Below are positions 26,354-36,280 of a DNA stretch of 64,000 nucleotides, piece by piece. The position numbers were made by a program, and so were the translations under genes. Below the pieces are notes generated by a model. It ran no database searches. It was not told where the DNA came from and saw nothing but the letters and a program-made list of their open reading frames with translations. This DNA is from a phage. The DNA lies in the sequence record PZ379074.1; one strand, 5' to 3'. The stretch's first letter is position 1. Every line of letters starts with the position of its first letter.

Positions 26354-28729
26354 ATGAAAATTCTTGGCATAAAACTCTGGGAGAAGACGCAACCAGAAGC
26401 CGAACCAGCGGAGATGCCGCCAGGCGACCCATTGGCACCGTTTGAACGCCTTGAAAGGCGCGGCAGCGGTCAACGCTGGGAAAAGACTGAAAGCAATCGA
26501 CCGACCTTTAAAACGGTTGATGACTTCCCTTTATATGAGCCTGATATTAATGGCGATGGTGTTGCAATCATAAAAGGTCGTTCAGTCGATTCCGCAACAG
26601 TATCCAAAAAGGTTATGGATAATGCCTTAAAGAACATCAGTTCAGAAGGGCAAGTCAACCCATACACAGTACCTATTCAACTTCAAAACTGGTATTTGTC
26701 ACAGTCATTCATCGGCTATCAAGCTTGTGCCATCATCGCACAGCATTGGCTGGTGAACAAGGCGTGTTCCATGGTAGGTCGCGATGCGGTCCGTAAAGGT
26801 TGGGAAGTCAAATCCAGTTCTGAGTCAGAATTGTCAGTACAGGCAAGCGAACGCCTAAAGCAAATTGATAAAGAATTTAATATCAAAGAGCACTTAGTTG
26901 AAGCCGAACGATTCAAAAATATTTTTGGTATCCGCGTCATCATATTTGATGTGCGTAGCGATGACCCAGAATATTACAGCAAGCCTTTTAACATTGATGG
27001 TGTGACAAAGGGGTCTTATAAGGGAATCATTCAGGTTGACCCTTATTGGATGATGCCGTTTCTGACGTCTGAAAACACAGCAGACCCTGCATCACAGCAC
27101 TTCTATGACCCAGAATATTGGGTAATCAGCGGACAACGTTATCATCGCAGCCACCTCATAATCTTGCGCAACGATGAGCCAGCTGATATTCTCAAGCCGA
27201 CTTATATTTACGGCGGCATTCCTCTGACTCAGCAGATTTATGAACGCATCTATGCCGCTGAACGTACCGCTAACGAAGCGCCATTGCTGGCGATGTCCAA
27301 GCGTACAACCACGCTGCGGACCGACGTTGACAAGGCGATTGCCAATGAGCGGTCTTTTGCAGAACGTCTGATGATGTGGATCAAGTACCGCGACAACTAT
27401 GCAGTTAAAGTGCTTGGCCAAAAAGAAGAGATGGACCAGTTTGACATCAACTTGTCAGACTTCGACAGCATCATCATGAACCAGTACCAGCTTGTGGCCG
27501 CAATCGCAAAAGTTCCGTCGACCAAACTGCTTGGGACTTCGCCAAAAGGCTTTAACGCCACTGGTGAATTCGAGATGGTCAGCTATCACGAAGAGTTGGA
27601 AACGTGCCAGCAGCATGACCTGACAAAAATTCTCGACCGCCATTACAAAATCCTTCTCAAATCAGAAGGGGTGGATGTCGATGTTAAGGTTGCATGGGAA
27701 CCAGTTGGCTCACTTACTGCTACTCAACTTGCAGAAATCAATGATAAGCGAGCCAACACTGGCAAAACTCTTATTGATGCTGGCGTCATTTCTCCTGATG
27801 AAGAGCGCGACCGCATCAAAGACGACAAAAACAGCGGCTACAACCGTCTGCCGGAAGACGCAGCAGAAGAAACCCCAGGGATGTCTCCAGAGAATATGGC
27901 ATTGCTTGGCAAGTCTGCTGGTGAAGTCCTGCAAGGTAAGGCCGATATTGAACAGGCGAAAGCTGATGTCGTTAAGATGGGCGGCCAGTTCTACAGTGAA
28001 ACAGGCATTATGCCAGAGGGTGCCGCGCGTGGTGAGTTGGCGGAAAACCCTGACAAAGCGCCTGTCGAAATCAACATGGACGATACCGATGATGAATCAA
28101 GCCATCAGGTTGGTGTCCTAACGCAGTTGAAAGAAGGGCTGGAGGGTATTGCGGATTACTACCTGAAAGAAGGTCAGGATGTGGATTTTGACCCTCAAAA
28201 AGATTCACGGTCGGTGCAACCGTCTACCCTTCCAAGCGTTAAAGGACACGTCGTCAACTTACGCCACAACGTGGGTAAAATGGACGCAGCATCATTACCT
28301 AAGATGAAGTTGCACGGAATGATTCTTGGCATTGAGAATCCGCGAAACAGCATTCGTAGAGGAAACAGCCTTGACGGTGAATGGGCCGTGAAGATGCCGC
28401 ACCACTACGGATTCATCAAGGGCACCAAGGGCGCAGACGGTGATGAAGTCGACTGCTTTGTGGGTCCAAATCTGAAGTCGCCGAAAGTCTTTATCGTGAA
28501 CCAAAACGATAACTACTCTGGCGAGTTTGATGAACACAAGTGTATGCTTGGATTCGATTCAGCAGAAGAAGCGAAAGAAGCTTATCAAGCATCATTTGGT
28601 AACGGTTGGAACGGATTCGACTCAATCCACGAATTAGATGTGAACTCATTCAAGGAGTGGTTGAAGGGTGATTGCTCTCAAGCATACGGAGCACTCAATA
28701 ATCCTACTAATTCACCGAAGCAAGGTTGA
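26354..28729 (+). CDS. Portal protein with C-terminal inorganic-pyrophosphatase-like domain
   Basis: ATG at 26354 after AGGTGG (track uses TTG at 26321); large ORF directly after terminase; C-terminal HHYGFI...DGDEVDCFV and SAEEAKEAYQASF resemble family I PPase. Confidence 0.75.
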   Translation: MKILGIKLWEKTQPEAEPAEMPPGDPLAPFERLERRGSGQRWEKTESNRPTFKTVDDFPLYEPDINGDGVAIIKGRSVDSATVSKKVMDNALKNISSEGQVNPYTVPIQLQNWYLSQSFIGYQACAIIAQHWLVNKACSMVGRDAVRKGWEVKSSSESELSVQASERLKQIDKEFNIKEHLVEAERFKNIFGIRVIIFDVRSDDPEYYSKPFNIDGVTKGSYKGIIQVDPYWMMPFLTSENTADPASQHFYDPEYWVISGQRYHRSHLIILRNDEPADILKPTYIYGGIPLTQQIYERIYAAERTANEAPLLAMSKRTTTLRTDVDKAIANERSFAERLMMWIKYRDNYAVKVLGQKEEMDQFDINLSDFDSIIMNQYQLVAAIAKVPSTKLLGTSPKGFNATGEFEMVSYHEELETCQQHDLTKILDRHYKILLKSEGVDVDVKVAWEPVGSLTATQLAEINDKRANTGKTLIDAGVISPDEERDRIKDDKNSGYNRLPEDAAEETPGMSPENMALLGKSAGEVLQGKADIEQAKADVVKMGGQFYSETGIMPEGAARGELAENPDKAPVEINMDDTDDESSHQVGVLTQLKEGLEGIADYYLKEGQDVDFDPQKDSRSVQPSTLPSVKGHVVNLRHNVGKMDAASLPKMKLHGMILGIENPRNSIRRGNSLDGEWAVKMPHHYGFIKGTKGADGDEVDCFVGPNLKSPKVFIVNQNDNYSGEFDEHKCMLGFDSAEEAKEAYQASFGNGWNGFDSIHELDVNSFKEWLKGDCSQAYGALNNPTNSPKQG

Positions 28730-28730
28730 T

Positions 28731-29582
28731 ATGGCTTTTAAAGCTTCGAAAAAACGTGAACGCCGCTCGCCCGATAGAGTCGGGCGCGGCAGTCCGATAA
28801 TCCCATCAAACGCTATTGCAATGGCCTACCGTCGTGAGATGAAAGGTCTTTGCTATGCGATGATTGATGACTATCAGGCAGGAATTTCAGAGTGGCTTGA
28901 AAAGAAGCAGGTGCAGAAGTTCTTTGCGCAAGACTCTGCTGATTCAACATTCCAAACTCTTATGAAACGTCTGCAGCTGAAATGGGCAAAGGCGTTTGCT
29001 CGTGTTGGGTCGAAGATTGCCGCTGATTTTATCAAGTCGGTTGAAAAGGGTGCTACTTCTGCTACATTCGCCAGCCTTAAGTCCGCAGGCATAGAAGCGC
29101 CAAAGGCCACATACAACAAATTCGTTGAGAACACTCTTAGAACAAGCGAGACGTTTAACACGACTCTAGTGACTAAGGTCGGCGAGGATATTCACAACAG
29201 AGTGTACGAAGCAGTCATGCTTTCGCTGACTTCGCCCGACCCAGCCCAGCAAGGCACGTCAGGCATTCAGGCGGCGCTGCGAAACGTAAAACACTTCTCT
29301 GCAAAGAGAGTCGACTTAATCGCTAAAGACCAGACAAGCAAATTGTATTGCGTTCTAAGCGATGAAAGGATGCGCCAGAATGGAGTTGAAGAATTTGAAT
29401 GGGCGCACTCAGGAGCAGGAAAGGAGCCGCGAATCTCTCATGAACATGTCGACGGAATGAGATTCAAACTTGATGACAAGCGTCTATGGGAAGTGGGCGG
29501 AGAGTTGAAGTTCAAAAAGGGTGACATCGGTCCTCCTGGATGGGCGATACACTGCAAGTGCAGAAAAATACCAATCATTTGA
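28731..29582 (+). CDS. Head morphogenesis protein, MuF-like
   Basis: ATG at 28731; C-terminal GPPGWAIHCKCR resembles MuF/SPP1 gp7 C-terminus; position after portal. Confidence 0.65.
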   Translation: MAFKASKKRERRSPDRVGRGSPIIPSNAIAMAYRREMKGLCYAMIDDYQAGISEWLEKKQVQKFFAQDSADSTFQTLMKRLQLKWAKAFARVGSKIAADFIKSVEKGATSATFASLKSAGIEAPKATYNKFVENTLRTSETFNTTLVTKVGEDIHNRVYEAVMLSLTSPDPAQQGTSGIQAALRNVKHFSAKRVDLIAKDQTSKLYCVLSDERMRQNGVEEFEWAHSGAGKEPRISHEHVDGMRFKLDDKRLWEVGGELKFKKGDIGPPGWAIHCKCRKIPII

Positions 29583-29589
29583 GGTCATT

Positions 29590-30510
29590 ATGACGATACC
29601 AATCAGCACGTTTCCTCTATCTGGACAAACGCCAGTATTGCCTGCTGTATATGCTAACGGTTTGGCGATTGTTTCGGAATTCACATCCGATAAAAACCTG
29701 ATTGTTCCATTGAGTCCGCCATTGGCGTCTGGATACAATTCAGTTGGCCAGTTCTTTATGATCGGTAATGATGGCGATTCTACCAGCAAGCCGAATCTGA
29801 CACTTTCAGTTCCCAAAATGAACATAACAGACGTGCAGACTGGTTTAACTGCATCTACGATCACCATCGCTTTTGGAGAAGCAGTGATTATAGGCATGGA
29901 GTCTGGAGGGTCCAAGAATGCTGTCGCCGTTAAGGTAGTCAAATCCAGCAGCAACCAATACACACTACCAGCGGCAACGGCTTCTGTTCTTGGCGGCGTC
30001 AAAATAGGAAGTGGCATAAGCGTTGCAGGTGACGGTACAATTAGTGTGACTCAATACTCATTACCGATTGCATCAGCATCAACCTTGGGTGGCATAAAGG
30101 TAGGAACGACACTATCAATTGATGGTTCTGGCGTCCTTAATGCTGCTGCAAGCACTGTGCAGAACGCAAGCAACAGCGTAAGCAATCCTCCGACAACTCT
30201 GGTGAATCTGGCAGCCTTAAACCTGCCTGCAGGGAAATGGCTTGTGACAGCAAGTCAGTTGACTGTCGCGACAGCAGGAGTTCAAGCGAATACCGGAATT
30301 ACAGTCAAACTGTCAACAAGTAATTCAGATATTACGGATGATGCATTTACAATGTCAGCTGGCATTCGGGCTGCAGGTCGTTTCGGCGGCAATATCCCAA
30401 CAAAGATAATTACTCTTGCCGCGCCTGGCAACGTGTATCTAAACTATCAATGCACAGACGCATTGACATCTACCGTTTACGGACAGATCACCGCAATTAA
30501 GTTGAACTAA
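29590..30510 (+). CDS. Structural protein with fiber-like Gly-rich repeats
   Basis: ATG at 29590 after GAGGT; repeats VLGGVKIGSGISVAGDGTISV and TLGGIKVGTTLSIDGSGVL. Confidence 0.6.
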   Translation: MTIPISTFPLSGQTPVLPAVYANGLAIVSEFTSDKNLIVPLSPPLASGYNSVGQFFMIGNDGDSTSKPNLTLSVPKMNITDVQTGLTASTITIAFGEAVIIGMESGGSKNAVAVKVVKSSSNQYTLPAATASVLGGVKIGSGISVAGDGTISVTQYSLPIASASTLGGIKVGTTLSIDGSGVLNAAASTVQNASNSVSNPPTTLVNLAALNLPAGKWLVTASQLTVATAGVQANTGITVKLSTSNSDITDDAFTMSAGIRAAGRFGGNIPTKIITLAAPGNVYLNYQCTDALTSTVYGQITAIKLN

Positions 30511-30520
30511 AGAGGAAGTT

Positions 30521-30658
30521 ATGCAAAAGATTATTCAGTCACGTTACGTTAAAGTGCGAAATATTAATTGCAACTCTTTGCTTTCTTGGAAATGGGCTGT
30601 TTACGACTCGATGCTGATTGGCGTTTTAGTTGCTGGAGTGCTTTTTAATATTCACTGA
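30521..30658 (+). CDS. Small hydrophobic peptide (45 aa)
   Basis: RBS AGAGGAAG; C-terminal MLIGVLVAGVLF; below ORF-track cutoff. Confidence 0.35.
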   Translation: MQKIIQSRYVKVRNINCNSLLSWKWAVYDSMLIGVLVAGVLFNIH

Positions 30659-30689
30659 ATCGCCTGGCAATGGATTGCCGCAGGATTTT

Positions 30690-30975
30690 ACGCGTATAAT
30701 GACGTATCATCCGTATCAAGTAAGTAGTTGTTTTCAAAAGAATCTTACGGATGATACGGATGATACGCGTTGCCGCGATACTTTATAAGAGTTTATAAAA
30801 AAATAAAATTATATATCTAATTTAATTTTATTTTTTTATAAACTCTTATATATGAAAAGTATCCGTATCATCCGTATCATCCGTAGCACACCAGTGATAG
30901 CGCGGCTTATACACCGATACGGATAAAAATACACCTCATTTTATCCGTATCATCCGTATCACACTAATTAAGGCG
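30690..30975. repeat. Iteron-like locus B: tandem and inverted CGGATGATACG copies flanking a 60-bp AT-rich palindrome
   Basis: CTTACGGATGATACGGATGATACG at 30744; ATCCGTATCATCCGTATCATCCG at 30861; TTATCCGTATCATCCGTATCA at 30951; AT palindrome 30783-30850; TACGCGTA at 30689. Confidence 0.6.
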
Positions 30976-31070
30976 CGGCTATATCGGTTGTTATACATAT
31001 TCAAACCATAATTATTGTTTGCCTAAGTTTTTTTCATTAGATATAATACACAATACTTATTTGAGGGTGG

Positions 31071-32489
31071 ATGCGAATGCAAACGGCACGCGAAATTGAC
31101 AAAAATGGATTCTTGACGATTGTGGGTTGTCCCATTTCGTCATTTGGCATTTTTGATTATTCTGCAGGTCAGGTTGGACTTGATGGTGATCCGAATCGCA
31201 TCGTAAAAGTTTATCGCCCAGAGTCAGCGGTGAAAGACCCCGAAGCGATAGATTCATTCAAAAATATCCCTTTCATCGACAATCACGAAATGCTTTCTGG
31301 ATTCGAAGGTGATGAGGATAACACAGCACCCGAAGAGTATGGCGTTGATGGCGTTCTAACTGGCAATGTTTATTATGACAAGCCATGGATGCGCGGCGAC
31401 CTTAAAGTTTTTAGCCGTCGTCTGAAGAAAGCCATCGATTCTGGAAAGGTTGACTTGTCTTTGGGCTATGACTGTGAATTCATCATACAGTCTGGAGAGT
31501 TTGACGGGCAGCCGTATGAAGTGGTACAGACAACTCTTCGCGGCAACCACATTGCTCTCGTGGACGTTGGTCGAGTACCAGGTGCACGGGTGCTGGATGG
31601 TCGTTGCTTTGACCATCTTTGTTTGACGACTGTAACACCATCCAACGAGGATTTAGACATGCCAAAACCGTTAAAAGGTAAAGCGCGTGATAATGCTGTT
31701 GAACAGCTGAAATCACTGATCCCTGCGCTCGAACAATTTCTGAATGAAGAGAGCACCGAAGCTGCTCATCAGGACGAAGTTGAAGTGAAAGCAGAAGAGA
31801 AGGATTCAACCGAAGAACGTGAAGAAGTGATGGTTGATCCAGAAGTTAAAGCAGAAGCTGAAGAGACTCCAGAAGGTGAAGAGAAGTTTGAAGTTGAAAC
31901 TGAATCTCACGCTGGCGGCGAGCTTCCGCAACTGATCAGCCAAATCGAAGCACTTATTGCAAAACTGAAAGGTGGCGCGGTAGGTGATGAAGAAGAAGTT
32001 GAAGCCGAAGTCAAAGACGAAGAAGTTGAAGTCAAGGCTGAAGATGTATCACCTTGCGACAAAGCTGAAGATGTGGTTAGCGGCCTGCAAAACAGCAACG
32101 TAAAGGGGGCTTCGGTCGAAAAAGATGACAAACCGACAAAAGCGGCGAAAGCGTCGCCAGGTCCAGCAAAAGGGGAACACTCAATGGCATCTGATTCAGC
32201 AGTTGCTGCTTTCTACGCTGATTCTGCTCGTAAGAATAGCCTCTACCAGCGCCTGTCTAAAGTTGTTGGTGCCTTTGATCATGCAACTATGGACTCCAAG
32301 TCCGTAGCGAAATATGGCGCTAAAAAGTTAGGCTTGAAGTGCGTTGATGGTGCTGAGTTTGACGTGGTGGATAATTATCTGCGCGGCGTTGAACACGGTC
32401 AAAAACAGCGTGTAGTCGCAAAACAAAAGGCCGCTGCGGATTCTGCAGCAACTGACGAAGCATTTGAAGCTTGGTTGAAAGGGGAATAA
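31071..32489 (+). CDS. Putative prohead protease/scaffolding protein with acidic EVxVKAE repeats
   Basis: 472-aa ORF upstream of the capsid gene; central Glu-rich repeats (EVEVKAEEK, EVKAEAEE, EVEAEVKDEEVEVKAED). Confidence 0.65.
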   Translation: MRMQTAREIDKNGFLTIVGCPISSFGIFDYSAGQVGLDGDPNRIVKVYRPESAVKDPEAIDSFKNIPFIDNHEMLSGFEGDEDNTAPEEYGVDGVLTGNVYYDKPWMRGDLKVFSRRLKKAIDSGKVDLSLGYDCEFIIQSGEFDGQPYEVVQTTLRGNHIALVDVGRVPGARVLDGRCFDHLCLTTVTPSNEDLDMPKPLKGKARDNAVEQLKSLIPALEQFLNEESTEAAHQDEVEVKAEEKDSTEEREEVMVDPEVKAEAEETPEGEEKFEVETESHAGGELPQLISQIEALIAKLKGGAVGDEEEVEAEVKDEEVEVKAEDVSPCDKAEDVVSGLQNSNVKGASVEKDDKPTKAAKASPGPAKGEHSMASDSAVAAFYADSARKNSLYQRLSKVVGAFDHATMDSKSVAKYGAKKLGLKCVDGAEFDVVDNYLRGVEHGQKQRVVAKQKAAADSAATDEAFEAWLKGE

Positions 32490-32491
32490 AT

Positions 32492-33109
32492 ATGACTTTC
32501 CAAACTAGTGTAGGCCGTCAATATACAACTGGCTTTCCTGGCGACATCGTTCGCGACGGCCCACAGCGTGGGAAGCCAGGCCGAATTGCCAACGCCAACG
32601 AAGGCGCAAACGTAAACGCCATCAGCCGTGTGTTTGGTTTTAAAGCTGACGTATCTTTAATGGGTACTGGCCAAACCAAAACCTTGGGAGCGCAGGACTT
32701 TGAAGTTGAACTGGGCGGCACCAATTACTACGGCATCCTTGGCAACAGCAAGCGTTACGCGCTGTATGGCAACTCTACTGGTCCTTTGGGTGCCAGCATG
32801 GTTCTGCCTCAATATAGCGAAGGCGAGTTTTACGATATGTGCACAGGCCTCGTAGTTGAAGTATTCAACCCTGGCACCAGTCCGCAGACGCTGAACTACG
32901 GCGACCTGCTTGCTTATGTACCTAAAGGCATTTCCGGCGCGAACAACCCGAATAACTTGCCTATCGGTGCAATTATCGCCTATACTGGCTCACTGCCAAC
33001 TGGCATGGTTGCCATCCCAGGCGGTATTGTGATTGACCCGACTGCTATTGCCCTTTCCGGCCCAAGCGTCCAGTCTTCCACTTATACCATTGTACAATTG
33101 ACTCGTTAA
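32492..33109 (+). CDS. Hypothetical head protein
   Basis: ATG at 32492 after AAAGGGGA; between scaffold and capsid genes. Confidence 0.55.
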   Translation: MTFQTSVGRQYTTGFPGDIVRDGPQRGKPGRIANANEGANVNAISRVFGFKADVSLMGTGQTKTLGAQDFEVELGGTNYYGILGNSKRYALYGNSTGPLGASMVLPQYSEGEFYDMCTGLVVEVFNPGTSPQTLNYGDLLAYVPKGISGANNPNNLPIGAIIAYTGSLPTGMVAIPGGIVIDPTAIALSGPSVQSSTYTIVQLTR

Positions 33110-33123
33110 TAGGCAGGTGAATA

Positions 33124-34263
33124 ATGACTCGCATTAGCCAAACACACTCTCGCCTCCCAGCGAGCAAGGTGCGCCCTTTTGATATGCAATCCGTGACCGA
33201 CGCGGCTGTTTCCCAGCTTGCTCGTATCGGTATTGTGTTTGATTCCGCGATTGTGCGTGATCAGATTGAGCACTTAAACCGTGCAGGCGCTTTCCGCGTA
33301 GGTGACGCCGCGTTTACTGCACCGCAGACCACGCCATCAATCCCGACTCCGCTGCAGTTCCTGCAACAGTGGTTGCCTGGCTTCGTCAAAATCATGACCG
33401 CTGCTCGTAAAATTGACGAGCTGGTTGGTATTGACACCGTTGGTCAGTGGGAAGATGCAGAAATCGTTCAGGGCATCGTTGAACCAGCTGGCACCGCAGT
33501 TGAATATGGTGATTTCACCGCTATTCCTCTGGCAAGCTGGAACGTAAACTTTGAGCGACGCTCCATCGTTCGCGGTGAAATGGGCATGGCAGTCGGCATG
33601 CTGGAAGAAGGTCGCGCGTCTGCGATGCGTCTGAACTCCGCAGAGACCAAGCGCCAGCAGGCTGCTGTATCTCTGGAAATCATGCGTAACGCAATCGGCT
33701 TCTATGGCTGGTACAACGGGAACAACCGCACGTTCGGCTTCCTGAATGATCCAAACCTGCCAGCGGCGATGACTTCAAACACCACTTCCGGCTGGGCTAC
33801 TGCGACCTTCCAACAGGTGACTGCAGACATCCGTTTGATGGTTCGTCAAATCCGTGTCAACTCTCAGGACCAGATTGATCCAGAGAAGGTTGATATGACT
33901 CTGGCGCTGCCGACCAACTCTATTGATTGGCTGTCAAACACCACCGACTTCGGTATTTCTGTACGTGACTGGATCACCCAAACTTATCCGAAGATGAAGA
34001 TCAAATCTGCACCGGAACTCAACGGCGCACTTGGCAGTGACCCGACTTTCCTGAACGTGGCATATCTGTACGCTGATCACATCGATTCTTCAATTGATGG
34101 CTCAAGCGACGATGGTTCCGTATTCAGCCAGCTGGTTCAGACTAAGTTCATGACTCTGGGCGTTGAGAAACGCGCTAAGAGCTACGTTGAAGACTACGCA
34201 AACGCAACAGCAGGCGTTCTGCTCAAGCGTCCTTTCGCAGTCGTCCGTATGACTGGAATCTAA
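33124..34263 (+). CDS. Major capsid protein (candidate)
   Basis: 379-aa ORF, RBS CAGGTGA; followed by stable hairpin; position in head module. Confidence 0.7.
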   Translation: MTRISQTHSRLPASKVRPFDMQSVTDAAVSQLARIGIVFDSAIVRDQIEHLNRAGAFRVGDAAFTAPQTTPSIPTPLQFLQQWLPGFVKIMTAARKIDELVGIDTVGQWEDAEIVQGIVEPAGTAVEYGDFTAIPLASWNVNFERRSIVRGEMGMAVGMLEEGRASAMRLNSAETKRQQAAVSLEIMRNAIGFYGWYNGNNRTFGFLNDPNLPAAMTSNTTSGWATATFQQVTADIRLMVRQIRVNSQDQIDPEKVDMTLALPTNSIDWLSNTTDFGISVRDWITQTYPKMKIKSAPELNGALGSDPTFLNVAYLYADHIDSSIDGSSDDGSVFSQLVQTKFMTLGVEKRAKSYVEDYANATAGVLLKRPFAVVRMTGI

Positions 34264-34288
34264 TTGCTGTGATTACACAGTAAAACAC

Positions 34289-34318
34289 ATGGGGCGTGGT
34301 CGAAAGGCTTCGCCCCAT
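34289..34318 (+). terminator. Hairpin after capsid gene (ATGGGGCG / CGCCCCAT), weak U-tract
   Basis: 8-bp stem read directly; no strong T-run. Confidence 0.3.
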
Positions 34319-34378
34319 ATCAATAGACCTCAAGGGCTGTAGGGGCTTATCTGAGGCTTATATAAATAGGACTACAAA

Positions 34379-34843
34379 ATGCCAAAATACATCGTTTCAA
34401 CTATGTCTATGTCAGTCAACTACACTTTCTATACGGAAGTGAAAGAAAACCCGAATGCAAAAGCTGGTTCAGGCGCTCTTCCAAATATTCGCAAACAGAT
34501 TCTGATCAAGGGCGGTGCTGGTCTTACTTCGGCAACTTCCGGCTTTGGTGAAATGGCAAAAGGCGCTGATGGTGCACCTTTGTGGACTCCTGAAGGAATC
34601 GTCACCGTTGTAAGCGATGCTGATTTTGAACATTTAAAAGATCATCACGTATTCAAGCAGCACCTTGAAAAAGGTCTGGTTAAAGTGGTTAACCACGACA
34701 TCGTTGGCAATCATAAAGCTGTCGCTAAAGAAGTGCGCGGCATGTCAGATGACCCGTTCGCACCTATGACGCGTGAGACGGCTGACAAGCGCATCAAGGT
34801 TAAATTGAGCGGCGAACAAGAAGATGATTTGTTCCGCGTTTAA
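34379..34843 (+). CDS. Hypothetical structural protein
   Basis: 154-aa ORF. Confidence 0.55.
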   Translation: MPKYIVSTMSMSVNYTFYTEVKENPNAKAGSGALPNIRKQILIKGGAGLTSATSGFGEMAKGADGAPLWTPEGIVTVVSDADFEHLKDHHVFKQHLEKGLVKVVNHDIVGNHKAVAKEVRGMSDDPFAPMTRETADKRIKVKLSGEQEDDLFRV

Positions 34844-34857
34844 ATAAGGTGAATGCC

Positions 34858-35313
34858 ATGCCATTAGATTACGAAAAGTTCAGAATAAAATTTCCACAGT
34901 TTGCTGATCAGGTAAAATTCCCTGACACAACGCTTCAAGTATTCTATGACATGGCATGTGAATTTATTGAATCACAAGACAGTCCTTGTCGTGTTTTAAA
35001 TGGCAGTAAATTGGAGCTGGCATTGGAATATATGACGGCTCATCTTTTATGCATAGCCACAGACCAACAGGTGTCTGTGTCTTCTGGAGACGGAGTTGAA
35101 CAAGGCGGCTTCGTGACTGGCGCAACAATCGGTGACATCACCGTGAATAAGGTAGCGCCGCCTGCGAGTGATGGTTGGGAATACTGGCTTTCAAGCACTC
35201 CTTATGGCATGGCGCTTTGGGCGCTTCTGCAAGCACTAGCTGTCGGCGGCTTGTCGTTTGGCGGTCTTCCAGAGCGCGAAGGATTCCGTAAAATTGGTGG
35301 GGTATTCTGGTGA
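34858..35313 (+). CDS. Hypothetical head-tail joining protein
   Basis: ATG at 34858 after AAGGTG. Confidence 0.5.
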   Translation: MPLDYEKFRIKFPQFADQVKFPDTTLQVFYDMACEFIESQDSPCRVLNGSKLELALEYMTAHLLCIATDQQVSVSSGDGVEQGGFVTGATIGDITVNKVAPPASDGWEYWLSSTPYGMALWALLQALAVGGLSFGGLPEREGFRKIGGVFW

Positions 35314-35696
35314 GGATTCCTGGCGTAAACTTATATCGAGTTGCGACAAAGGTCATCGGTCGACAACCGATTCAATATTACATGTACAAGGGGCGCGCTC
35401 TTGATAAAATGCGCAACTACGTTACCACTTATGAAGAACCAATCACCCTGCTTGCTTCGGTGCAGGCGGTACTTCGAAATCAATACGTTGAGCTTGGATT
35501 AGAGCTTCAAAAGAACTATGTCAAAATCTGGGTAGACAAAGACATTGTTGACCTCGACCGCGACGCTTCCGGCGACTATTTTGTGTTTGGTGGGAAAACG
35601 TATAAGATGGAAGATGAAACGACATGGTTTGACCAAGATGGTTGGACGTCTTGCCTTGCCGTGGAAGTAAAACAAAGCTTTCCAGTGTCTACTTGA
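35310..35696 (+). CDS. Hypothetical head-tail joining protein
   Basis: GTG start overlapping upstream stop. Confidence 0.45.
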   Translation: MRIPGVNLYRVATKVIGRQPIQYYMYKGRALDKMRNYVTTYEEPITLLASVQAVLRNQYVELGLELQKNYVKIWVDKDIVDLDRDASGDYFVFGGKTYKMEDETTWFDQDGWTSCLAVEVKQSFPVST

Positions 35697-35703
35697 GGTG
35701 TAT

Positions 35704-36279
35704 ATGACAGATGTCGACCTGATTGACATGCTGGCAACGCGAATTGAAGAAGGTCTGGCGGCGTATAGTCGTGCAGACCTTTCTGCTGTTCCGGTCCAGA
35801 AAAAGTATCAACCGACTCAACAGGGTATTCCGACTGGTGACCAAATTTGGTTTAACCTTTTATTCTCAGTTCCGTTTGGATGGTCCATGAGGAAAAGTGA
35901 ATTTGTCAATGATGAGTCTCAATTTGTAAACGGAAAATTTAAAGATATTGAAGATCAGATATACGCAACACGTTTTCAAATCAGCGGCTTATTCCCAGAA
36001 GTTCCTGGCAATCCAGAAAAGCCTACTGCTAATGACGTGTTGACTTATTTGGCAAGATTCATAACTCATAAAGCTAATCTGAGAGATTGGTTTAAAAAGC
36101 ACCAAGCTTCAGTATATCGAATCGACATGAATAATAATGAAAAGTTTTATGATGACATGTCTCAATTCGAATCATTCCCTTCTTTTGATTTGGTAATACT
36201 TCACAGAAACGCAATTTCAATTGATACTCCTGCAGTGGCAAGAGCTGTTAATAATGATTTGGGTGACGTTCCGGTGTAA
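35704..36279 (+). CDS. Hypothetical structural protein
   Basis: ATG at 35704 after GAGGTG. Confidence 0.5.
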   Translation: MTDVDLIDMLATRIEEGLAAYSRADLSAVPVQKKYQPTQQGIPTGDQIWFNLLFSVPFGWSMRKSEFVNDESQFVNGKFKDIEDQIYATRFQISGLFPEVPGNPEKPTANDVLTYLARFITHKANLRDWFKKHQASVYRIDMNNNEKFYDDMSQFESFPSFDLVILHRNAISIDTPAVARAVNNDLGDVPV

Positions 36280-36280
36280 T

